Shown here: piece after piece, positions 1 to 12,231 of the stretch
Layout of the letters: each line of letters opens with the position of its first letter
How positions within the stretch are numbered: position 1 is the first letter of the stretch
NCBI RefSeq assembly: GCF_001194135.2
Contig: NC_068990.1
Coordinates: 2,974,440-3,019,457, forward strand
Direction: 5' to 3'
Length of the DNA: 45,018 nt
DNA from: Octopus bimaculoides
Taxonomy: Eukaryota
Program-made: the position numbers and the translations under genes
Notes under the pieces: model-generated
What the model saw: only the letters and a program-made list of their open reading frames with translations
Database searches by the model: none
What the model was told of the DNA's origin: nothing

Positions 1-141
1 GTGCTCGCAATTTAGCGGTTCGGCAAAATAGACCGATAGAATAAGTACTAGGCTTACACAGAAATAAGTCCTGGGGTCGATTTGATTGACTATAGGTGGT
101 GCTCCAGCATGGCCGCAGTCAAATGACTGAAACAAGTAAAA
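1..141 (+). mobile_element. 3' part of a long tRNA-derived SINE (family 1), cut by the window start
   Basis: Block ...gatagaataagtactaggcttac...gtcctggggtcgatttg...ggtgctccagcatggccgcagtcaaatgactgaaacaagtaaaag is shared, inverted, with 24915-25135 and 38634-38760. Confidence 0.75.
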
Positions 142-3100
142 GGTGCATATCTATACATGTTTACATACACATATATTCAACCAATTGACTAATAATGAAA
201 GAGTAGAATGTACGTGTGTTAATAATATTGGCATAATAGTCACAAAGCTATATACAAATAATGAACCATGACCCTAGTTCCCATGCTGATTCAGCAATTT
301 TTTTAATTCTATCGATATGGTAGTATGTTGATTGCCAACCGGTGTTGGTGTATTTACTTCTTCGTAATAAATAAACCTGAACCACAATTCTTCGGATCAT
401 GAATCGGCGATAGATATATCTTTTGTTGATAAACATTCAATGGTTATTTAATTTGATTCTATTGCATTGTACACCTTTAGATAAATACAATTCACTCGCT
501 CAGGGTAAAATTGAAGGCAGAACCAAACAGTGTATAAGTTACTTTCGTGTCGTTAGTAAAATATGTCTTATTCAATAAAGGATTGAAACACTAAATCGAA
601 TACGTTTTATCTCTATGCGCTTAATGTATCCCTAGAAACGTGCACTTTAAATCCTTATAGATTTTGCTGGATGATGCAAAATATATAGGGATATATATTA
701 TACATCCATATACCGACGAACTTCGCTAGTTTGCTGCTTCTTCTTTCTATCCCTCCTTCCGCTACTGCTACTGCCCTCCCTTCTTCACTTCTTTTTCCTC
801 TATTTCGTCCTCTTCCACTACTCCTACAGCTGCCGATGTTGGTGAGTAAATATTAATTTTGCCGTTGGTATTTTAAAGGATTTTCAATAATGTTGCTGAT
901 GATGAGACTAAGTTTCAATCTGAATGCCAAATTTATTACAAAAATAAATTTAGACTTGGACTACAAGTTGCAAGAAATAGATTTTTCAATAACTAGTTGA
1001 ATAAGCTATGAAATTTCAAGCGCCATTTTGCTATTTTATGAATAACCTCCGATAAATTTTGAATTCGTCCACATGCTTCCTTTAATTACACATACATTCA
1101 GTTGCGAGGTGTAAATAGAGTCAGGTCCGATTTTCAAATCATGGCTGAATGTAATCTAGCATGTAAGCTTGCGGAAGTATTTAAAATTTAACCACACATA
1201 CGGTATGTCAGTAATTTAATTTCTCAATACACTCAGCCGGCGCACACACTTCTATGTGAATGAATATAAGCATATATTGTAAAGCATCATATTATTTATA
1301 AGCACATCAATTCAGCTTCAGTTATCTGAAAAATAAACTGAAGTAATCTCTCCTTACATGACGGCAATACGAAAGCGAAAATATTAAACATATGGTTACA
1401 CAACAAGTGTAAATAATATTATGCGAGGGATTGTTGATAATATTGGGTTATATAATACTGAAGAAAAATACATGTTGATTATATGTTAAAGGGGAATAGT
1501 GCAAGTGGTAGGCCCATATAATCTGTGAACTTTAATAACATATCTGAAAACTACATTTATATGATAAAAATTCGGATTTTCCTATCCGGTGCAAAATATA
1601 TGGTAGGCAGCTTGAATATGTGACGACCATTTCACTCAACCAATAGCATACGATAACATCTCAGCAGTTTGATATTCAATATCTATACTTACTCGATAAT
1701 AATAAAATACAATTTATATATTCTAATAGAGGAAAAATAAAGTATACATATTTTCATATATTCGCTATAATAATAAAATACAATTTACATATTCTGTTAC
1801 AAAAAGAATATATTTTTCATGTATACATTGAATATATAAAATCAGACGCTGCTTTGTTTTGTGAGTAATGAAAGAAAAATAAGAATATTAAAAATAAATC
1901 CAATAAAATCTATACATGAAAGCCTTAACATTTAGAATAGACGCCAACATGAAGCAAACTTGTCAAATAAAAAGCTGAGTACAACATCCAAGACCAACAA
2001 TGGAATGATATTGCTGAAACTCCCGTCGTTTTCGACGATGAGCATTCGGTTGTACAATCAATAAATATCCTACTTGTTAAATTAATGTGAAATTTATTGA
2101 ATGCTTTATAGATTTGTGTACATTTAACGTAATTCCCAAACCACATCAGCCTGACACATTATTCGATGAGGCTTGACACTTAAAGAGCACTTATGATTCA
2201 AATGACAACCTTCTATGCTGTTTCCTTCAAGTCAGTTTCATTAAGAAAACACTTGTGTGTACCTGAGGCTATGATAATTGTAACAAGCTTACGATGTAAT
2301 GCAACTGGATCGAAACACGCTTTTAACTCTCAGCCAAGCTTATGTTTTCATTTAAAGACATATGCTGAAAGGTTTTCTGAAGACAATGATACGCAATAAC
2401 GCAGGAGCTTCTTCGGAGTTAGAAATAGCACCCAAATCCTCCAAATATTTAAAGTGAAAATTATTTTCGATCCTATATATACTTAACCAGAACTGCTTTG
2501 GTATTTTATATCAACAGCAATTGTCCAATACAAGCCAAGCAAAAGAGATAGAAACATGTATTTTTCTCCATCTAATCCAACATTATCACATTAAGAACGG
2601 AGCGCTCATTGGATAATGAGTTGTAGTGCTACATATTTCCCGATGGATAGAGCTAAATGGAAGTAAAGTTGTATTTGATTTGTATCCATTGATGCTCCCG
2701 TATAATTGAGATATTTGTGAAGAAAATTATCATCGTGTTAGATGTAAATTTACAATGTAACGACTGAGCTGCATGACTTGCTAGATCCGCCAATTATAAC
2801 AGCGAAATCCCCTTCAAACCTGAAGTTAATTCTTAAAAATAACACGTATGTTAGAAATACAAAAACCTGGGATAGTCATGACTACAAGATTATAGGTTCC
2901 TTTCATCAATAGCCGACTCGGAGATAAACATACGCAACAACAGAATATATTACTTTCAACAATCCTCGTCACAAAAAGTATCAGTAGGCTTATCTTAAAT
3001 TGAAAAAGTTAATTAGTCCCATTGTTTCTTATAATTACGATGTACATGTTTGAATAAATCAACAGAACAATAATATTATATATTCACTTAAATGTATTGT

Positions 3101-4289
3101 CTTTCATGTAAACATCCTAGTTTAATACCATTATTCATAGACATATGCATTGACCAATATGAATTTACTGTCGGATAGCATATGCGCATACAGTTTTAAA
3201 AAATAATCAATAATTGGGAAGATATCTAGAAATTTTTGCTAATGCACATGAAATCAGTATAGAATGAGATCCCTCTACCTACATGTACCGCAACTAATGA
3301 GCGTATGTGTCGCAGTTGTTAATACGTTCGATTAGTCTACAAGAGATGTTAAACTAATTGCGAAATCGAAGCGTTTCCATAGACTGATATTATCAACTTG
3401 ACACGGGGTAAGGATATGTAAGATCTCAACTAAAAAAAGTACTTAACCAAATGTCGAGTAGTTAATCCGTGAATTTGGCAGATGAAAAGTTTACGCTGCA
3501 GTCAAATGACCGAAAGAAGTAAAAGAAAAGAATAAAAGAATATACACACATACAAAAATACCTTCTTGATGCTGTAGTTTCAATGAAGGAGCTTTGAATC
3601 GAAGTTAGAAATCGACTCTCACTATTGAAATAAAACTGAATACTGACACACATACATACACACATACATACATATATATCTATACTGTGACTATTTACAC
3701 GAACGATCTTAGTCTGGAAGTTCGCCAGCGCAAAGATTAGAGATCCCGTTCCTCATTTTATGGAATTGCATAGAATCTTTAATATATATACAGCTAATAT
3801 GTACTTATATATTAGTAACCTGAATGACTTGCTCGATATTTTCACAAACGGTATGACGTTAGACGAAGTCTTAATAATTTAGTTTCAACTCAGCAGCTTT
3901 TGGATTCTATTTACGTTGCGGCATTTCTAAGGTATCAGAAGTGTAGATACTGATATTTACTTGACTATATTTTCTCCTCTCAAAAACAAGTTTTAGGTGA
4001 TGTTCAAAGTATGAACATTATTCTTATGTTACATATAACTATGCACATAAGTGATTGGCATACATATCTGTTTCTTTATAATTTATGCGTCAATTTTTCG
4101 ATGCAGGAATTCTAAAAAACATATTTGAATTTTTGTATAATGTAGCTAGATAATGATTTTAAATGTATGCATATATTAGGTTACGTTTGTATAAAGTGGT
4201 TCTGGAAAATAATACTTAGAATTTTATATTAGTGTTTGTTAATTTTGTTTTCATATAATATAGCTTCCAATATTTTTTGCTTGCACATT

Positions 4290-5460
4290 TTGTCATTTGC
4301 ATATGTTGCAAAAAGTTGAGTCCGGACGCTAAAGAGATGTCAGGAGTCTTGCAGAAACATTACTGCTCTGTTTTTAGTGGTCCCACTAGTATTGACGCGG
4401 GGGATCTGAACGAACTCAGTCCCTGTAATATTATCCATGACATTGCTTTTACTGCCTTAGATATCATACAGCAATAGCTGTGTTATTATTCTGCTGTAGG
4501 CATTGATAGATTCCTCAGTAGTGGCCTGAAGGAATGCAGACACCAACTTGCAATAACTCTACCCAACTTCTGGGGGAGATTTTTTGACTCAAGCTATATA
4601 CCAAAAGTGCTCTTACCCCAATTTGTCATCCTCGTCATCTATAAAGTGTGCAATCCCTTTCAGATGGCTATCGCCTAATCTCAATCACCTCCCATATCAT
4701 CAAAGTATTTTAAAGGGTGGCGCGATCAAGGATAAGAGGTTTCATGAGAGCCACAACCTTCTAAATCTCAACTAGCTTGGCTTCTCCTGCAGTAGGGACT
4801 GCGTAACACAGCTTTTACATTACTTCGATAATGTGCTTAAAGCTTTGAGATGAGGTTAGATCTCTGATGTCATATATCTTAACTGTAGCAAAGCATTCGA
4901 AAGAGTTGACCACACTATCGTTCTGTAAAAATTGCTCAATATTGGAATCCGTGGTAAACTGTTATACTGAATTAAGTATTTCCTCATGAAAAGAACACAT
5001 GTTGCGATCAGCCCTGCAAAGTGGTGTTCCGTAGAGAACTTTGGGGCTCACTTCACTTTATAGTCCTTGTCAACGACATCTCAAGCACCAGCAAAATAAG
5101 AAATTTATCAATGGAGAAGACCAATCTGAACTCCAGTCTGATGCTGCAACCCAACACACGGACAAAAACAACATGCGGTCAAATGTGTGGAAATTTGAAC
5201 TGAACATAGAATGCGCTCAACCATATTTACTTCATTCTGCTGAATAACTCACAATAATCAATAATATTCAGAACTTGAGAGATTGTTGACAACAATTTCA
5301 CCTGGAGTATTAGCATAAAAAATAAAGTCGATGTATTTCAAAGGATGAACTCCTGGATCCTAAGAACTTTCTGGTCCTGAAAACAAATGTCATCATTCCT
5401 CTCTTCTCCTTTGTACGGTAATATCTAGAATAGTGCTTCGCCATAAGGTCTCGCCACACC
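4290..5460 (+). mobile_element. Degenerate CR1/L2-like LINE reverse transcriptase remnant (stops, frameshifts, internal deletion)
   Basis: Translated pieces include EMSGVLQKHYCSVFS, TQLLHYFDNVLKAL, DVIYLNCSKAFERVDH, KLLNIGIRGKLL, QSGVP, FIVLVNDI and SWILRTF. These match LINE RT motifs in the expected order. Confidence 0.85.
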
Positions 5461-6011
5461 AAACAAAACATTACAAGAAATGAGTCATCCCAGAGAGTAT
5501 TCACAGAAAAAATAATAAATAAAAAGCATGATAAATACAAGCAGATATAAATTTTCAAAAACACAAGAGAAAATGTGAGTAGTAAGTATTAAAAAAATAT
5601 ATATATATATGATGTTGCTATTGGTATTGAACCTAATATAAATAAAAAATTAGCATACGTATGATAAAATGCATTCTAGTTTAACTGTCCCATCTTTTTA
5701 AATGTTTCTAGGATACTATGGTGTATTCTACACTGGGATATATTGGCACCATTTGGTAAACTCCTTCTTTATTCGTCATTCTCTAGTCATTATTATACCA
5801 TTTTTATTTGTGTTGTTTAATCCAATGTTCCCGATTTTTCAAACCACCAATTGCTGTCGTTTCAGTGATATATAGGACTCCACCATATGTTGCGCCTCTA
5901 GTTCACTTTTAACATATCATTGTCAAAAACGAATAAATAAGTGTGTTCGGAACTAAATTACAAATTCCACTCTATCATTACTAATTCTTGTAATTAAAGT
6001 TCATAATTATA

Positions 6012-6226
6012 TTGGTTTAAAATTTGGTCACAGTGACAACAGGTTTAGGAGACAAGGTAAGTTGATTAATCAACCCCAGTGTACATCTGTTACGTATTTT
6101 ATCTATATCAGAAAATGAAAAGCAAAGTCGGCCTCGGCGGAATTTGGGCTCAGAACGAAAAAGACGGACGAAATGCTGCTCAGAATTTAACCCGGGATAC
6201 TAACGACTCTACCAGCTCGCTCCTTA
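6012..6226 (-). mobile_element. Short tRNA-derived SINE (family 2)
   Basis: Reverse complement reads gagcgagctggtagagtcgttag...ttctgagcccaaattccgccgaggccgactttgcttttcat. It has A/B-box-like motifs and matches the copies at 32625 and 34242. Confidence 0.8.
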
Positions 6227-8959
6227 TGCTTCGTTATTATATATATTAGAAATATATTACACACTCCGATTCTAGCGCCACCATGTTGAAAGACATGAAA
6301 TGAATAATCCATTTAAACAATGAACTATTAAAAGCTCACCCTAAAGCTACAGTATTTCAGACTTTTAAAAGAGGTAATAGTCACAAATGAAACAGCGTCA
6401 ATAATACTATGGGTTTACGTGAGGCTTAAACGCAATAGTAGTAATGTTAATTTTCAAGGGAGACAAATTTACATGAATTTGCTTGTCGAGTACTGACAAT
6501 TATCTATATTTCTCTTGAAAACTAGATACAGACAAATTCGCTACACTTACATGGGTACTCAAAACGTAATTTACCAGAACTAATATCACAAAGTAATTTG
6601 TCCAAAATGTTTCTGACAATTTTGCCAGTTCAACAACTTGAAATTTATTTACTCGACCACGGAAAGATGAACCGCAAAACTGTCCTTGAAGGGATTTTAC
6701 ATCAGAAAATGGAGCCAGAACAGACGCCATTCTATCCAACGCTCTATCGATTTAACCAATCTGCCACGTAGCCCAATCCAGATGAATGAACTTAGTTTCT
6801 TCTGANNNNNNNNNNTAAAAAAAAAAAAAAAGAAATATTTCAACTTTGATAATTCGCCACTTCAATTCAAATTTATGAGATGTGAAATAAGGCAAGTATT
6901 TTTTATCTAAGTATTGTACAAATTCAAATTTTTTCTTCGTAACAAACTGGCTTTTCGCCTTATCTTTCACTAATAAAATAAAAGCCTATATCAGATATGT
7001 TTATATATATATAGTATTTAGACCAATTACATACATATGTAGATGGCTTGTGTATGGTGTTATACCGGTAAGTTTTAAATCATTTGCTCCTAGAGATAAC
7101 AGGCAAGCATTTGTATGTTGTTTAGCTATCCATTGGTGAGCACCATCAAATATCAACGCCTCCCACCCGAAGACATCTTATATTATTGTATCTATGAATC
7201 CATTATGTAATGAATACCCTCATTTCTTAATACAATACAGTCGCTATTTACATGAGACTTAACTGTTATATTTAGCCAGTCGCATAGAATCTCCCTTTTC
7301 TGTTTTAGGTATAAGTCAATACAGCTGTACTTCAGTCGTTCATTAAGTTGTATCAACTTGATTTCTCCTCAGGATCAGTTTTACTATTTTCGTCTGCTGC
7401 ACTGATAAATGCTGTTTGAATGAACAAAGCCCATGAGATTTGCGGACCTAGGCCATTAGAATTCTTAAGTGTATATATATTTAGTATTTTTACTTTGATC
7501 CAAGTGTTAGTAAAATCAGTGATCAAGACATTGATTCCACCACACAGCACTGTGGCAAAATGTTTTGTATGAAAATTATTAAGTATCCAAAATTGCATCT
7601 GGTGGACATAGGCTGTAAAAAGAAGCAGGATAAAGTAACGTTTCATTCTTCTTTGTGAGATGGGTTAAGAATAAATATTCATAAGCATTTTTTACCCAAG
7701 CTATGATTCTGCCTACCGACAGATATACAAGGACACTAAAACAGCGTTTTTAGTAAACACTTTAGAATATTCGACTAAAATTCGTCGCGTATTTAGTTAT
7801 ATTTCTCATGTAACTTACTAACGTATATTTGAATTGATTGGCCTCCATAATCCTCCAATGTATCGGCAGAATGAATTTCTAGCAAATACCTGAGACTATC
7901 TAGTAGGAAATACCACAACGCATTCATTTATGGCACGCGATAATGCAGTTAAAAATCAGAATATCGATAGTAAGATTTTGAGCGGATAGAAACTTTTTAA
8001 TGTTTTGATTGCAAATACATTTGACAGCGGTGACATGCCTCTTCATATTCTGGAGGTCTTAACATAAATCATACAAAAATTAGAACTGTATGATTTGTAT
8101 CAAAATAGGTACGAGAGCCAATGTTACGTTTTATGACGTTAATAGGTCTTCTTAATTATTAATCAAAAGTCATTTATGTTCGTATTTCCCATGTTGATGT
8201 GTGATTCTCAGTTCCCGTTTTATTTTATTTTAAAACATGAAAGAGGAATCTGATCTAGGCAAACTGGTATGTGACTCATTCACAGAAAGCGAAAAATAGC
8301 TTGCATTATAATGCTTCGATGCTAATAAAAATTAGTTACAATAATTTCATATTGTCTTGAGGGGAGTATTTCGGCTATAAATCCTGTTCTAGATAGTCAT
8401 GATGTCATGTAACTTACTAACGCATAAATCTGACATTGGGATCTCAAAGAAGTCATTCTATCACGTATTATTTTCCAGTAAAAAATAACGGTTTTTTTCT
8501 ATAGTTTTAAAATTTAGAGATTATTTTAGAATAAAAAGTGATTTACTTATATGCATATAATATACTATTTTGAAACACATAGTTTAGGTCTATTGATTTA
8601 TGCTAATGGGAACACTTTCACTGTTTATTGTTGCTTATTTTCGACGATAAAATTTAAATGGGGGAAAAAAAGAGAAATTTTAACGATTTTGTTTTATGAT
8701 TTCAAAATTAAATGCATAACAGCTGAAATTACTTGCATTATTAACCAAGCATTAACCAGGGGAGTATCATGAATATATAATTCAACATTTATTCCAAACA
8801 TTTTGGAGTGAAATGTCGAAGATAGTAATTTTCCTCTGTATTTCTTTGGTGTAAAATATAAGTTTCCTTTCTTGATCGCATTACGACCCGGAAAGTGACA
8901 AAACTGGATTATATACAATTCCAAATAGTTATATCAATGGAAAGCTCCCAAACTCTCCC

Positions 8960-9300
8960 AAACAAGGAACATTAAAAAAAATAGGACTAGTTGAAAAGGA
9001 TCAATTCTTCACCTGACGACTCTCAACACATGTCACACAAATGATGTTAAAGAAATTATATATCTTGTGTTACGAAACTTTGCTTCGCACAACTTCATTC
9101 CCAGACGTCTCAGTGACCAACTACCACTTTTTCAATAACTTGATATCTACCGGCAAATGAAGCATTTCAAAACATTAAATAATTAGCTGGTTTCAGGTAA
9201 TCAGGAGTTGATGCTACTTAGGAAATAGACATTACATTGTTGGCAAAAGTATGTAGAAACTAATGATTATTATTTTGATTATTCAAATTTAATCTGAGCT
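8960..9300 (+). mobile_element. Mariner transposase C-terminal remnant
   Basis: THVTQMMLKKLYILCYETLLRTTSFPDVSVTNYHFFNNL and WQKYVETNDYYFD resemble the mariner HPPYSPDLSPTDYHFF and RWQKCV..NG.YFD segments. Confidence 0.75.
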
Positions 9301-10104
9301 GAAATTTATTGCTTTAAAATTGATGGCAACAAAGCGAAATAATTTTGGTGTACAATTATCGTATAGCCTTTCAGCTTTAAATCTGGAGACAGAAGGATGT
9401 AGTTATCAACTCAATCTCAATAGCTGGTAACTACTTATCTAATATATTTGCAATAGATGATATTATGTATTCTGTTAAAAGGCAATTAACAAGAGAGATA
9501 TAATCATCTGTTAATACTGTGTGTTAAGCGTCTGAAAGGTTTATATAGCATTAAGCATTGCTTCACTCTGGAAACAATTATTTCTCATGACCGTACAACA
9601 AATTAATGTTGAAGTAGAGGTTATATTTGATCAGTTGTCGATGATATTCCGTACTTAGTTGTGATTTTGCATCAATTAAATGCACCACTATTTTTGTGAA
9701 TGTCATGTTTATCAATATTGGTTGGGTTTGTGTTCATTGCCCTAGGGTATCTATATGTGAGCATCGATATAATTGACTATAACAACCTCTTACATTCGTA
9801 ATTTTGTGCTGACTTTGGATAATTGACATAATCTGTGGACCGTCGTGCAAACTATTATTTACTACTAAGTTACGTTAGTTTTTATTCTAAAATATTCCGA
9901 AATGTATCCACGAAAGTGGGATAGTAAGAACAGATTAGAACGATTAACTCTGTGAAAAGTGATGCCAGAAGTGAAATATAATGTAACGGGTCTCACCTTC
10001 AAGATAAAAGTTTGAAGTAGACATTAAAATCTAAGATTTCTAATCGTTAGGTGAACTCCTACTGCTACGTTACTCTAACGACTGGAAAAAATATCTTGCA
10101 TCTC

Positions 10105-10290
10105 CCTAAGCGAAATGCTTAGCGATATTTCGTCTGCATTTACGTTCTGAGTTCAAATTCTGCAGAGGTCGACTTTTTCTTTCATCACTCCGGGGTCGAT
10201 AACTTAAGTATCACTTGCGTCCTGGGGTCGATCTAATCGACTGGCCCCTTCCTATAAATTTTGGGTCTTGTGACAAGAGTAGTAAAGAAT
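10105..10290 (+). mobile_element. Short tRNA-derived SINE (family 2)
   Basis: gcgaaatgcttagcgatatttcgtctg...ttctgagttcaaattctgcagaggtcgac...ggggtcgat...; B-box-like GAGTTCAAATTC. Confidence 0.8.
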
Positions 10291-11024
10291 ATATTTATAT
10301 ACTGTTGACATAGTAAAATCACCCTAGCTATGCTCTTCCTTTCAGTCAGCATCAATCTAACCTAAATTCCTAAATTCCACTCTTATACCCCCTCCTTTTC
10401 TTTACACTTAACAACTTTAAGATAATTGCCCACTACCATTTTTTTTACCTCTTTCTTCTTTTCTATTACCGACCATTTTATATATATATATATGCATATG
10501 TTTTCCTATTTTGTATTTTCACTCCGAAATTCTGGCTTGACCACTCATTTTAAATTTTATCTCTGGCGACAATGTAACCTTCATTTAACTAAAGTAACTT
10601 CGGCCTCATTAGTATCTAGTAGAGTACCCATCTCTGAGTAGTTATTAACTTCAAGGATCTGCTATCTAGAAAATACATTTAACTTGGATTTTAACTGCTC
10701 CATTCTCTCTCTTAGGATGTTTATTTGCGTTCATATCAACACTAGTTGCTACACGTGAACAATAAAAAAAACATTTTTCAGTTTATCGAACTTTGGTATG
10801 GGAAAAACCTACTATATTCTACGCCACGAAACTATTATTGTTCCTTGAAGTTGTTTTTGTGCCTATCACGGACTGTTCGAAGCTTCCTACACCCAAACAC
10901 TTAGGTCTTATAATACGTATCATTAATCACACGCACACACACACACACACACACAAGCATATATATATATATATATATAAATATATATAATGTAATTTAG
11001 ATTCATTCAGTTGAATTAGGTACT

Positions 11025-11783
11025 CCAATGTGTACGTCAACAACAAAATGAAACCATTGATTACGTTGTCTCCATGTGCAGTTTTCTTGCGCCTACAGTG
11101 TATCTCAACAGGCATGATAGAATAGCACATTATATTCACTGGATAATTTGCAAAATTCTGGACCTGCCCAATGATAAAAACTGATGGGAAAACAAACTGC
11201 CTCCATTGTTTGAAAATGATGACATCTCACTCATCTGTAACTTCACTATTCAAACTGACAGAAAGATACATGCGAATAGGCCCGACATTATGTTGAAAGA
11301 CTTCGGACAAAAATCATGTCTCCTCATTGATATGACTGTCCCAATCGACATAAATGTATATGTCAAGACCTACCAAATCTGAACAAATATAAAGAACTTG
11401 AAATAGAAATTGGCAAAATGTTGAACTTCAAGACTAAAAAAATACCTGTTGACATAGGTGCTCTAGGAATGATAGCAAAATGGACTGATTGCTACCTAGC
11501 TCGGATACGAGGAAACGCCCAAAGGGCAGAAATTCAAAATATAGTGCTCATGGGAACTGCCCATATCCTACGTAAAATACTCTCTATGTAACCTCAAATT
11601 TTAAAATAAACTTATAATTTTCTTGTTTTATTAGACATCTTTCTAGAACAATACTATGTGCAAAACCAAATATATGACACCCTAGGCATGACACCAACAT
11701 GAACAAACTTGTTGTCTCTTGAGGTCTCTACGTGAGACTTGGAACCAACTTGTACAAATGCAAACAAAGGTCACACATAGATA
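11025..11783 (+). mobile_element. 5'-truncated R4/Dong-like RLE non-LTR retrotransposon (subfamily A): degenerate CCHC, RHD, PD..D endonuclease and 3'UTR
   Basis: ETIDYVVSMCSFLAPTVYLNRHDRIAHYIHWIICK...ANRPDIMLKDFGQKSCLLIDMTVP...KYKELEIEIGKM...GALGMI...GTAHILRKILSM*, with the stop at about 11589-11591. The 3'UTR is shared with 23310-23750 and is followed by (TAA)n. Confidence 0.9.

Positions 11784-11855
<72 letters not shown>
11783..11855. repeat. (TAA)n microsatellite at the 3' end of the R4/Dong-like element
   Basis: Directly visible. Confidence 0.98.
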
Positions 11856-11857
<2 letters not shown>

Positions 11858-11877
11858 TACTGATAATATTAACTGCA

Positions 11878-12231
11878 TGTTCCAATTGTAGGGAAAGATC
11901 CCTCTGCCCGCTATCAATTCAAAGTTTAGCAGGAAATATTGTTTATAAATGTACAATACTGACAGAAAATAATAACTTTGTTTATATCGGGTGCTCTGTA
12001 AATATCTGAAAACGATTGAATAACCATTTTTCATCTTTTAAACTTAGGCATATCTCTAATAGTACCTCCTTATCTACGAAATGTTGGAAACTTAAAGACA
12101 ATAATAGCAATTTCTGTCTTAAATGGGATTTAGTGCGTAGAGCTCAACCACATATAAATAGCCGATATGGTGTATGGAATTATATGAATTTTTTTGACTA
12201 TAGACATAAGAACAACTTAGCGATAAATTAG
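11878..12231 (+). mobile_element. Penelope-like element GIY-YIG endonuclease remnant with upstream Cys-rich linker
   Basis: CSNCRERSLCPLSIQSLAGNIVYKCTILTENNNFVYIGCSVNI*KRLNNHFSSFKLRHISNSTSLSTKCWKLKDNNSNFCLKWDLV contains CNCR..CPL, VYK..YIG and NNH.SSF motifs, with one internal stop. Confidence 0.85.

Noticed and set aside
1925-2399. ORF with a GPI-like hydrophobic tail on -, and YNIQDQQWNDIAETPVVFDD on + (kelch-like or pogo DETP-like)
   Set aside because: The frames are short, flanked by stops and lack convincing splice sites, and the resemblances contradict each other.
6500-7646. Short open frames at about 6520-6770 and 7353-7646 as possible exons
   Set aside because: No recognisable domain, and splice signals are weak or ambiguous on both strands.
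11682-12034. ORFs with poly-I/L/N/Y/M or (CV)n/(HT)n/(YI)n/(SIYL)n tracts throughout the window, including 44151-44891
   Set aside because: They are translations of microsatellites, which happen to lack stops in some frames.
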